Positions 15,218 through 22,885 of a DNA stretch of 47,739 nucleotides are shown piece by piece; positions within the stretch are counted from its first letter, which is position 1, and each line of letters begins with the position of its first letter. Below the pieces are notes generated by a model. It did no database searches, was not told where the DNA came from, and saw only the letters and a program-made list of their open reading frames with translations. The DNA is from Gaiellaceae bacterium (GTDB taxonomy: Bacteria > Actinomycetota > Thermoleophilia > Gaiellales > Gaiellaceae). The DNA lies in contig DATHAE010000134.1 of NCBI GenBank assembly GCA_035296805.1, positions 1-47,739 on the forward strand. Reading direction: 5' to 3'. Position numbers and translations under genes: made by a program.

Positions 15218-16070
15218 CTGTCGCGCCGAGTCGCGCGAGGCACTCCCGCAGGCCGTCGCGCCAGTGCGGGAGCTGCGGCGCAGCCTTCTCGCTGCGCAGG
15301 ACCGAGTATGCGGGACGCGGTGCCCGCGCGCCGAGCTCGCGGGACGTGATCCTGCGCACGCGGCATGAGACGCCGGCCTCCTCGAAGATCGCCTCGGCGA
15401 AGTCGGCCCACGTGCAGTCGCCGCTTGCAGCGACGTGGTACACGCCGAACGGCAGCGGCACGAGCTCGTGCGTCGCGTGTGCGAGATGCGCGACGTAGGT
15501 CGGCGAGCCGCGCTGGTCGTCGACCACCGCGACCTCGTCCCGCTCCACGCCCAGCCGGAGCATCGTGCGGACGAAGTTGTGCCCGGTCGGCCCGAAGAGC
15601 CACGAGCTGCGGACGATCCATGCCTCCTCGCCCGCGGCCGCCTCACCGTGCAGCTTCGTCCTTCCATACGCGCCGAGCGGCGACGGCGCGTCCGACTCGA
15701 CGTACGGCTCGCGCTTCGAGCCGTCGAAGACGTAGTCGCTCGAGTACGCGACGAGGGGTGCGCCGAGCGACGCGGCGTTCGCGGTCCCGCTCACGTTGAC
15801 GGCAGCGGCGCCCTGCGGGTCGTCCTCGGCGCCGTCGACGTCCGTCCACGCCGCGGCGTGCAAGACGAGGTCGGCCTCGAGCCCGGGCGGCGGCGGGAAG
15901 GCGACGTCCCAGTCCGCGCGCGTCAGCGCCCGAGCCCCGGGGAACGCCTCCGCGAGCGCCCGGCCGAGCTGGCCGCCGGCGCCGGTGATTACAGCGCGAC
16001 CGAGCGGTCGCGTTCCGAGAGGATCGGCGATCGCGTGCTCCAGAGGTCGACGACGCGCGGGTCGTTCCAC
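15204..16070 (-). CDS. rfbD: dTDP-4-dehydrorhamnose reductase
   Basis: ORF 15204..16274. The conserved core starts at VITGAGGQLG (about 15993), with SSDYVFDG and YGRTKLHGE (YxxxK) motifs. No ATG/GTG/TTG lies near the core. The nearest in-frame GTG is 16070, which overlaps rfbC by about 80 nt. An ATC directly overlaps the rfbC TAA. The start is therefore uncertain. Confidence 0.8.
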   Translation of the reverse strand: MERPARRRPLEHAIADPLGTRPLGRAVITGAGGQLGRALAEAFPGARALTRADWDVAFPPPPGLEADLVLHAAAWTDVDGAEDDPQGAAAVNVSGTANAASLGAPLVAYSSDYVFDGSKREPYVESDAPSPLGAYGRTKLHGEAAAGEEAWIVRSSWLFGPTGHNFVRTMLRLGVERDEVAVVDDQRGSPTYVAHLAHATHELVPLPFGVYHVAASGDCTWADFAEAIFEEAGVSCRVRRITSRELGARAPRPAYSVLRSEKAAPQLPHWRDGLRECLARLGATVSGR

Positions 16071-16447
16071 GGCACGCCGTGCTCGTCGGGGGCGGCCGAG
16101 TCGTACTCCTCGGTGACGAAGTAGCAGAAGAGGCAGTCCGTCAGCGCCTCGTAGCCGTGCGCATGGGAGCCCTCGACGTAGATCGCGACGGGATTGTCGT
16201 CGCCGATGTCCTCGGTGAACGTCTCGCCGGACTCGCGGTTCAGGACCACGACGCGCACCATCCCCTGGAGGCACGCGAAGAGGTCGTCCTGGCCACGCTC
16301 GTGGTAGTGGAGCGCGCGGATGACGCCGCGTCTCGAGGAGGCGAGGTTGGCCTGGCGGATCGGCTTCGGGAGCGCGCTCGCCCGCGCGAGCTCCATGAAC
16401 CAGCCGCGGTCGTCCGCATACCGCGTCAACGGGATTCGGCGAATCAC
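15989..16447 (-). CDS. rfbC: dTDP-4-dehydrorhamnose 3,5-epimerase (short form)
   Basis: ORF 15989..16873 trimmed to GTG 16447 (VIRRIPLTRYADDRGWFMEL...). It shows the cupin pattern RALHYH...HAHGYEAL. GTGA overlap with the rfbA stop. Confidence 0.85.
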   Translation of the reverse strand: MIRRIPLTRYADDRGWFMELARASALPKPIRQANLASSRRGVIRALHYHERGQDDLFACLQGMVRVVVLNRESGETFTEDIGDDNPVAIYVEGSHAHGYEALTDCLFCYFVTEEYDSAAPDEHGVPWNDPRVVDLWSTRSPILSERDRSVAL

Positions 16448-17211
16448 TTGTTCACCCCGGTGTCCTCGATCAGGCGCCCGACGTCGGCGAGGTCGCCCCA
16501 GTGCTTGCCGCCGTCGTGCCACCAGCCCTCGACGCGCCGTACCGCGAGCTGGCCGCGCCGCGCGTACTCGCGGTTGACGTCGGTGATCTCGAGCTCGCCG
16601 CGCCTCGACGGCTCGAGCGTCTCGATGATCTCGAAGACGTCGGGCGGGTAGCAGTAGAGGCCGACGACCGCGTCGCTCGACGGCGGCGCGTCGTAGCGCG
16701 TGTCGACGACGCCCGCCTTCTCGACGATGTCCACGACGCGGCCGTCCCCGTCGTAGGCGACGACGCCGAAGCTCTCCGGATCGGGAACCTCCTTGGCGAA
16801 GACGAGGGCGCCCGAGTCCCACGAGCGGATCGCGTCCGTCTGCGAGTACTGGAAGATGTTGTCGCCGAGGCACACGACGAGCTTCTCGCCGCGCGCGAAG
16901 TCGCGCGCCATCCCGACGACCTGCGCGATTCCGCCCGGCTCGACCTGCACCTTGTAGGTCAGGTCGACGTCGAACAGGAGCTCGTCGCCTCGTCTCGCCC
17001 GCACCCGCCCGTCGCCGAGCAGGTCGATGAAGTCGCCCGCGTGCTGCTGGCCCGTCACGAGGAGGACGTCGCGCACGCCGACGCGCTCCAGCAGCTGGAG
17101 CGGGTAGTAGACCATCGGCCAGCGCCCGACCGGGAGCAGGTGCTTGTTGGTGACGCGCGTGAGCTCCTCGAGCCGCGTCGCCGAACCGCCCGCGCAGATC
17201 AGGCCCTTCAC
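16444..17211 (-). CDS. rfbA: Glucose-1-phosphate thymidylyltransferase-type sugar nucleotidyltransferase
   Basis: ORF track 16444..17211, starting MKGLICAGGSATRLEELTRVTNKHLLPV (G-x-G-T-R-L signature). It is in an operon with rfbC and rfbD. Confidence 0.88.
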   Translation of the reverse strand: MKGLICAGGSATRLEELTRVTNKHLLPVGRWPMVYYPLQLLERVGVRDVLLVTGQQHAGDFIDLLGDGRVRARRGDELLFDVDLTYKVQVEPGGIAQVVGMARDFARGEKLVVCLGDNIFQYSQTDAIRSWDSGALVFAKEVPDPESFGVVAYDGDGRVVDIVEKAGVVDTRYDAPPSSDAVVGLYCYPPDVFEIIETLEPSRRGELEITDVNREYARRGQLAVRRVEGWWHDGGKHWGDLADVGRLIEDTGVNK

Positions 17212-17221
17212 AGCGACTCCA

Positions 17222-18454
17222 TCACGTGGTCGATGCTATGGGCTCGGGCGCGGGAACGCGCCGGCCCCGCACGGCCGCCGCGCCGGTGAGTCCGGCGACG
17301 ACGGAGATCGCGGCCACGACCGCCCACATCGTGTTGTCGCCCCAGTTCGTGCGCACCTGCAGACCGAGGAACGGGCCCAGCGCCCAGGCCACCGACCACG
17401 AGCCGCCGAAGACGCCCATGTACGCGCCGCGGATGTCGGCGGGCGCGAACGAGGCGACGGCGGCCTGCGAGGTCGGGATCCAGAGCATCTCGCCGATCAC
17501 GAAGACGGTCACGACGACGACCACGACCGGGATCGCGGCGCTGAACGGCAGGAGGAGGAACGGCAGCCCCATCAGCGGCATCGCGATCCCGAGCTTCACC
17601 GCCGCGGGCACGCCGACCGTCCACCGGATGAGGCGCAGCTGGAAGACCGTCACGAACAGGGGGTTCACGATCACGAGCACGCCCCAGAGCGCCGGCTCCA
17701 GGCCGTAGCTCGTGACGAGCGAGATCGGCAGCAGGACCTCGTAGGCGACGTAGGTCATCGACGCGAGGACCGAGGAGCCGAGGAAGAGAAGGAACGGGCT
17801 GTCGCGCCTGATCGCGCCGAACGACCCGCGCTGGGGCGGCTCGTCCGGCGCGTACGCGCCCGTGCGCGGGACGAAGCGCCACGCGACCAGCGAGGCGCCC
17901 GCAGCGAGCGCGGCAGCGCCGACGAAGAAGAACGGCCAGCTGTGCGCGAGCAGCAGCAGCCCGCCGATCGGCGGCCCCATCGTCACGCCCAGGTTCGACG
18001 CCACGCGCACCGCGGCGTACCCCTTCTCGTGGCGCTCGGGCGAGACGAGATCGGCGACCATCGCGTTGTCGGCGGCGCCGCCGACCGCGCCCGCCGCCGG
18101 CGCGAGCGCCGCGAACACGAGCCCCGCCGTCGTATGCCCGCCGACGAGCGCGAAGCCGAGCAGCATCAGCGTCTGGCCGCCCCACCCCGCGAGGATCAGC
18201 GGCCGCCGGCCGACGTGATCGGAGATGTGCCCGCCGGCATATGCGGAGACGCCGGCGACGAGCGCCCCGACCAGAAACGTCAGGCCGAGCTGCGTGTCGG
18301 TCGCGTGCAGCTCCTTCTTGGCCCAGATGCCGATGAACACCCACGACGCCGACGCCGCCGTCGAGCCGACGAGTGCGACGGCGAGCACCGGCCGCAGCGC
18401 GCGGTCGACGTCGTCGCCCCACACGAGGCGGAACAGCCGGGAGAACACCCGCAC
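17222..18454 (-). CDS. MFS transporter
   Basis: ORF track 17222..18454, 410 aa, about 12 hydrophobic segments, MFS loop motif GHISDHVGRRPL. It ends 10 nt upstream of rfbA. Confidence 0.85.
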   Translation of the reverse strand: MRVFSRLFRLVWGDDVDRALRPVLAVALVGSTAASASWVFIGIWAKKELHATDTQLGLTFLVGALVAGVSAYAGGHISDHVGRRPLILAGWGGQTLMLLGFALVGGHTTAGLVFAALAPAAGAVGGAADNAMVADLVSPERHEKGYAAVRVASNLGVTMGPPIGGLLLLAHSWPFFFVGAAALAAGASLVAWRFVPRTGAYAPDEPPQRGSFGAIRRDSPFLLFLGSSVLASMTYVAYEVLLPISLVTSYGLEPALWGVLVIVNPLFVTVFQLRLIRWTVGVPAAVKLGIAMPLMGLPFLLLPFSAAIPVVVVVVTVFVIGEMLWIPTSQAAVASFAPADIRGAYMGVFGGSWSVAWALGPFLGLQVRTNWGDNTMWAVVAAISVVAGLTGAAAVRGRRVPAPEPIASTT

Positions 18455-18489
18455 CTGTCGAGGGTACCGACGTCTGTAGCGTTCGCCGC

Positions 18490-19086
18490 GTGGGTACCCG
18501 CGAGCCTCTGAACATCGGAATCTTCCTCTTCGACGGCGCCGAGGAGCTCGACTGGGCCGGGCCGTGGGAGGTGCTGTCGGCGTGGGCGCGGCGCTGGCCC
18601 GACGACGGCGTCACGGCCTTCACCGTGGCCGAGAGCACGGACGGCCCGGTGGCGTGCGCGAAGGGGCTCCGCGTGCTCGCCGACCACGCGTGGGCGGACG
18701 CGCCGCCGATCGACGTGCTGCTCGTTCCGGGCGGCGACACGCGCGCCGTCAGCGCCGACGACCGCGTGCTCGCGCGCGTGCGCGACCTCGCCTCGGCCGA
18801 CAAGCTCGTCACCAGCGTCTGCACCGGCGCGTTCGTGCTCCAGGCTGCGGGCCTCCTCGAAGGTCGCCCCGCGACCACGCACTGGGGCTCGACCGACGCC
18901 CTCCGCAGCCTCGGCGTGGAGGTGCGGCCGGACGACCGCTTCGTCGACGCCGGTGCGGTCGTCACCGCCGCGGGAGTCTCGGCCGGGATCGACATGGCGC
19001 TCCATCTCGTCGCTCGTCTACATTCACGGGAACGCGCGCAGGAAGTCCGGCGCTACATCCAGTACGACCCGGAGCCGCCCGTATGA
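18490..19086 (+). CDS. DJ-1/PfpI family (class I glutamine amidotransferase-like) protein
   Basis: ORF 18373..19086 trimmed to GTG 18490. The nucleophile-elbow motif SVCTGAFVLQAAGLL is present, followed by ATTHW. Confidence 0.85.
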   Translation: MGTREPLNIGIFLFDGAEELDWAGPWEVLSAWARRWPDDGVTAFTVAESTDGPVACAKGLRVLADHAWADAPPIDVLLVPGGDTRAVSADDRVLARVRDLASADKLVTSVCTGAFVLQAAGLLEGRPATTHWGSTDALRSLGVEVRPDDRFVDAGAVVTAAGVSAGIDMALHLVARLHSRERAQEVRRYIQYDPEPPV

Positions 19087-19108
19087 CCGTTCACCCGAAG
19101 GTTCGCCG

Positions 19109-19366
19109 ATGAGCGAGATCGAGAGCGACAGAGTCCCCCAGCACGATCCGCCTGCCGAGGCTGACCTCGTCCAGCCCGAGGTCGACGAGCGCGACGACTC
19201 GCTGATCGTCGAGGGCGACGACCGCGACCACGTGCTGCCGCCGACCGAGCTCGACCCGTACACGCCGGACGTCTCACCGCCGCAGCGCGCGCGCACCGCG
19301 ATGTTGGCCGCGGTCGCGATCCTGCTCGTCGTCGTCGCAATCGTCGTGTACGCCGCCGTCCGCTGA
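19109..19366 (+). CDS. Small hypothetical protein (85 aa), acidic N-terminus with a C-terminal TM anchor
   Basis: ORF 18953..19366 trimmed to ATG 19109 (MSEIESDRVPQHD...MLAAVAILLVVVAIVVYAAVR). Confidence 0.5.
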   Translation: MSEIESDRVPQHDPPAEADLVQPEVDERDDSLIVEGDDRDHVLPPTELDPYTPDVSPPQRARTAMLAAVAILLVVVAIVVYAAVR

Positions 19367-19383
19367 GGCCGAGCCTGGCGCAG

Positions 19384-20091
19384 GTGGTCGCGGCGCCCGC
19401 ACCGACTTCGGTGCCGGAGGCGATCGCGCGGCTGCGGGCGATCGACGGGGCGCTGCCGACGCGTGACGGGATCGCGTGGTTCACGAAGCTCTACCTCGGC
19501 GTCACCGAGGCGGTGGCCGAGGAGCTGCCGCGGGCGACGTTTGCAGACGCGGCGTTCGTAGCGCGGTTCGACGTCGCCTTCGCGAACCTCTACTTCGGCG
19601 CGTTGAAGACGTTCCTCGCCGACCCGGCACGTACGCCGCGCGCGTGGGCGCCGCTCTTCGCGTGGCGCCGCCGCCGGCGCGTCGCCCCGATCCAGTTCGC
19701 GCTCGCTGGAATGAACGCGCACATCAACTACGACCTGCCGGCGGCGCTCGTCTCGACGTGCCGCGCGTCGGGGATCGACCTCCTGCGCGCGCGCCGCCAG
19801 CATCGGGATTTCCTGGCCGTGAACGCGATCCTCGAGCGAACGGAGGCGAGCGTGAAGCGGTGGTTCAGCACGGGCTTCGCAGGCGTCGTCGACGAGGCAC
19901 TCGGCCGCGACGACGACCGGATCGCGATGTGGAACGTGCGCCGGGCGCGCGACGCGGCCTGGGTGAACGCGCAGACGCTCTGGACGCTCGGACGGTTCCC
20001 GACGCTACAGAAGCGGTTCCTCGCGACCCTCGACCGAACCGTCGGCTTCGCCGGCCGCGGCCTCCTCGTTCCGCTCGACCCCGGGTCATGA
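19384..20091 (+). CDS. Hypothetical protein, DUF5995-like (family call from memory)
   Basis: ORF track 19384..20091 with a GTG start. It contains the conserved-looking block FALAGMNAHINYDLPAAL. Confidence 0.65.
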   Translation: MVAAPAPTSVPEAIARLRAIDGALPTRDGIAWFTKLYLGVTEAVAEELPRATFADAAFVARFDVAFANLYFGALKTFLADPARTPRAWAPLFAWRRRRRVAPIQFALAGMNAHINYDLPAALVSTCRASGIDLLRARRQHRDFLAVNAILERTEASVKRWFSTGFAGVVDEALGRDDDRIAMWNVRRARDAAWVNAQTLWTLGRFPTLQKRFLATLDRTVGFAGRGLLVPLDPGS

Positions 20092-20640
20092 TCCGACGAC
20101 GGCGCAGATCGCCCACGCCTCGATCTCCCAGACTCCGTCGTAGGGCTTCACCTCCATCGCCTTCACGATCCACGCGGACGCGGCCGGTGCCGGCCCCGAC
20201 TCCGTCATCGCGACGTAGCCGTCGGGCAGGTGCCGGTTGGGCACGAAGCCGCCGCCGACCAGCTTCTTTCCCTCGGGGCACGTCGCGCGCGCCTCCGCGC
20301 GGTCGTTGACGTCCGAGTCGCCGAGCCCGTACACGAACTGGAGTCCGGAGACGCCCGGCGGCCCCTGCTGACCGGCTGGCCCGCCCGGCCCGGCCGGCCC
20401 GACCGCGCCGATCGTCGCCGGGAGCCTCCCGTTCGCGCCGAGCGGCACCAGCTTGCCCGCGGTCGGCCGGCGCGCAGCCTTGATCCCGGTCACGGCGCCG
20501 GCGTTCGTCGCGTAGCCGGATCTGTTCGCGTACGGGACGACCTTCGACGCGACGGAACCCGCAGCGTGCCCGAGCGGAGTCACGCCGAGCAGCGCCACGA
20601 CGAGCGCCGTCGAGGACAGGATGAGCGACAGTCGTTGCAT
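20086..20640 (-). CDS. Secreted protein with a short collagen-like Gly-X-Y stretch and a C-terminal globular domain
   Basis: ORF 20086..21183 trimmed to ATG 20640 (MQRLSLILSSTALVVALLGVTPLGHAAG, a signal peptide). SD aaaggag lies upstream. It carries 7 consecutive G-X-Y triplets (GAVGPAGPGGPAGQQGPPGVSG). Confidence 0.75.
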   Translation of the reverse strand: MQRLSLILSSTALVVALLGVTPLGHAAGSVASKVVPYANRSGYATNAGAVTGIKAARRPTAGKLVPLGANGRLPATIGAVGPAGPGGPAGQQGPPGVSGLQFVYGLGDSDVNDRAEARATCPEGKKLVGGGFVPNRHLPDGYVAMTESGPAPAASAWIVKAMEVKPYDGVWEIEAWAICAVVGS

Positions 20641-20664
20641 GTGCGCACTCCTTTCATTCGCGTC

Positions 20665-20690
20665 GCGGCGGCGGCGCGGGCCGCCGCCGC
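20665..20690 (-). terminator. Perfect 11-bp GC hairpin (gcggcggcggc-N4-gccgccgccgc) between the SnoaL-like gene and the collagen-like gene
   Basis: Pairing 20665-20675 with 20680-20690 verified base by base. It starts 9 nt downstream of the SnoaL-like stop (20700-20702), with no U tract. The SD and ATG of the next gene follow. Confidence 0.5.
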
Positions 20691-20699
20691 TTGCGCGCG

Positions 20700-21119
20700 T
20701 CAGCTGATGGCCGGCTGCGGGAGCGCCCCGACCTGCCCCAGCAGGCTCACCGTGTCGGTGAGCTCCCACTCCTCCGCGATCTTGCCGCCCTCGCACCGGC
20801 TGATCGTGATTCCGGTGAAGGCGACGTCCTTGCCGGTCGGAGGCGTTCCCATCAGGTCGCCGTCGTGGGTGCCGCGGATCGTGAAGCGCGTCGCGACGTA
20901 GTCGCCGTCGGCGAACTGCTGGTCGATCGCGACGCGCAGGCCGCTCAGCGCGTCGCGGTAGCCCTCGACGACCTCGCGCAGCCCGTCGACGCCGCGCGCC
21001 TCCTCCGGGTGCAGGACGTAGCCGGGGGCGACGATCTCGTCGAGCGCGCCGAAGTTCCCGCGCGCCGCATTCTCGAAGCAGGCCCGGACTGCTGCCTTGT
21101 TCTCCTCGCTGCCGCTCAT
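20700..21119 (-). CDS. SnoaL-like / predicted ester cyclase family protein
   Basis: ORF track 20700..21119, 139 aa. The pattern NKAAVRACFENAARGNFGALDEIVAPGYVLH...F..GDYVATRFTIRGTH.G...G.PPTGK is typical of the NTF2-like ester-cyclase family. Confidence 0.8.
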   Translation of the reverse strand: MSGSEENKAAVRACFENAARGNFGALDEIVAPGYVLHPEEARGVDGLREVVEGYRDALSGLRVAIDQQFADGDYVATRFTIRGTHDGDLMGTPPTGKDVAFTGITISRCEGGKIAEEWELTDTVSLLGQVGALPQPAIS

Positions 21120-21122
21120 GGT

Positions 21123-21158
21123 CTCTCCTCTCGTCGGACTTCGGGGCTGGAGAGAGGA
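21123..21158 (-). promoter_or_regulatory. Pyrimidine/purine inverted repeat able to sequester the Shine-Dalgarno of the SnoaL-like gene
   Basis: On the mRNA strand, UCCUCUC(UCC) lies about 20 nt upstream and pairs with GAGAGGA(GAG), which is the SD ending 4-6 nt before AUG 21119. Two registers of 6-7 bp are possible (21126-21132/21152-21158 or 21123-21128/21149-21154). Confidence 0.35.
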
Positions 21159-21195
21159 TCGCGGGGCGCGCCGCCGGCAGCATCGGTAGGGCTAC

Positions 21196-22848
21196 CTACT
21201 CCACTACGGGTCTCGTAGCGGCGTCGCGCAAGGCATAGGCGGCGGCCTCCGAGCGCGTGCGCAGGTTCAGCTTCGAGAGGATGCTCGCGACGTGGTGCTC
21301 GGCGGTGCGGCGGCTGATCACGAGGCGTCCGGCGATGTCGGCGTTCGAGCACCCGGCGGCCAGCAGCGACAGCACCTCCGTCTCCCTTTTCGTCAGCGCG
21401 CCGTAGGCCTTCGGCCACGCGCGGCCGCGCGCGCCGAGCCCGCGGAGGAAGGCGCTCGCGGAATCGGCGTCGCCGGTGGCGCCGATCCGCTCGAACGCCG
21501 CGAGCGCGAGCCTGGCCTCGGCGATCGCGGCCTCGGGAGCCGTCCCGGCGAGCGCCCGTGCCAGCTCGAGCTGCGCCCGCGCCGCCTCGAGGGGCGAGTC
21601 GAGGCTCGCGAAGCTCCGGAGCGCGGCCTGGAGGCGGCTCGCGGCCCGCTCGTCCCCGCGTGCCGCCTCGACGCGGCCCGCCGCGAGATCGGCGAACGCA
21701 GCTGCGCGGCCGTCCCCGGAGGCTGACGCGATGTCCGCCAGGCGTGCGGCCGCCTCGGCGGCGGCGGCGGCGTCCCCTCGCGCGAGCCGGACCTGCACGA
21801 GCAGGTCGAGCGCCGGCGCACACGCGGGATCCGATCCGCCGGCCCCCTCGAGGCACAGGCGCACGAGGTCCTCGGCGAGCGCGGTCTCGCCGCGCGCGAG
21901 GGCGATCGTCGCGAGGGCGCGCCGCGCGACCGGGTGGAACTCGCTCCCCTCGAGGAGGTGCCGCGCCTCGTCGAGTCGTCCCTGCCGCACGCGCAGGTCG
22001 GCGAGCTTGACGAGCGGCGACCCGCGCATCGCCCGATAGCCGCTCTCGAAGGTGCGAATCGCTGCGAGCAACTCGGCCTCGGCCTCGGCCCAGCGGCCGA
22101 CCGCGACGAGGATGCCGCCGTAGTGGTTGCGGCACACGGGCGAGACGAAGTCGCTCCACGCCTCGAACTGTCCCGCCACCGACATCCACTGCTCCGCGCG
22201 CACGACGTCGAGCGCGATCTCGCACGCGCTCAGCAGGCGGCAGAAGATGTCGCCGACCGGGACGACGCCCGTCACCTCCCCCGCCGAGACGGCGGTCATC
22301 GCCTCGTCGATCAGCTTCATCCCCGCGTCGACGCGCCCACCGGCGACGTGCGCCTCGCCGAGCAAGGCGAGCGCGTCGTACTCGAGGTCGGCGTCGCCGT
22401 GGCGGCGCGCGATCGCGAGCGCCGACGCTGCGAGCCGCTCGCGGTCCGCTGCGTCGTCAGTGAACGGCGCGCGGTCGAGCACGAGCCAGCCGTGCCCGGC
22501 GCACTCCTCAGCGTCGGCCAGGAGCGTCTCCGCGCGCGCCATCCAACCGCTCGCGACGGCCATGTTCCCGTTGATCGTGCCGTGGAGGAACGCGAGCCGG
22601 CGCGCCGTGTCGGCCGCCTCCACCACCCGCCCGAGCTCCCGGTATGCGACGAACGCCCGCTCGGTCAGCTCGATCGCCTGCGGGTAGTCGCGCTGGAAGT
22701 GGAGCGCCCGGCTCAGCCCGTCCAGCACGTCGGGGCGCTCGCCCAGGTCGCGGGCCTGCTCGAAGCAGGAGCGCGCGTGGCCCCAGTCGGCCGCCGCGAG
22801 CGCGTCGCAGCCTTCCCGCACGAGCTCGTCCTGAGCCCCGGCCGTCAC
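21196..22848 (-). CDS. LuxR-family transcriptional regulator with an N-terminal TPR-like helical repeat region (no ATPase domain seen)
   Basis: ORF track 21196..22848. The C-terminal HTH is LTKRETEVLSLLAAGCSNADIAGRLVISRRTAEHHVASILSKLNL. The upstream ~480 aa are Ala/Leu-rich helical repeats. Confidence 0.85.
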   Translation of the reverse strand: MTAGAQDELVREGCDALAAADWGHARSCFEQARDLGERPDVLDGLSRALHFQRDYPQAIELTERAFVAYRELGRVVEAADTARRLAFLHGTINGNMAVASGWMARAETLLADAEECAGHGWLVLDRAPFTDDAADRERLAASALAIARRHGDADLEYDALALLGEAHVAGGRVDAGMKLIDEAMTAVSAGEVTGVVPVGDIFCRLLSACEIALDVVRAEQWMSVAGQFEAWSDFVSPVCRNHYGGILVAVGRWAEAEAELLAAIRTFESGYRAMRGSPLVKLADLRVRQGRLDEARHLLEGSEFHPVARRALATIALARGETALAEDLVRLCLEGAGGSDPACAPALDLLVQVRLARGDAAAAAEAAARLADIASASGDGRAAAFADLAAGRVEAARGDERAASRLQAALRSFASLDSPLEAARAQLELARALAGTAPEAAIAEARLALAAFERIGATGDADSASAFLRGLGARGRAWPKAYGALTKRETEVLSLLAAGCSNADIAGRLVISRRTAEHHVASILSKLNLRTRSEAAAYALRDAATRPVVE

Positions 22849-22885
22849 GGCCCGATCATCGCACTGCGCCGGCGCGACGGCGCGC

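Noticed and set aside
20086-20640. The collagen-like gene as a remnant phage tail-fibre or prophage marker.
   Set aside because: No capsid, terminase, integrase, tail or lysis genes, and no att-like repeats, occur anywhere in the window. The protein has a normal Sec signal peptide.
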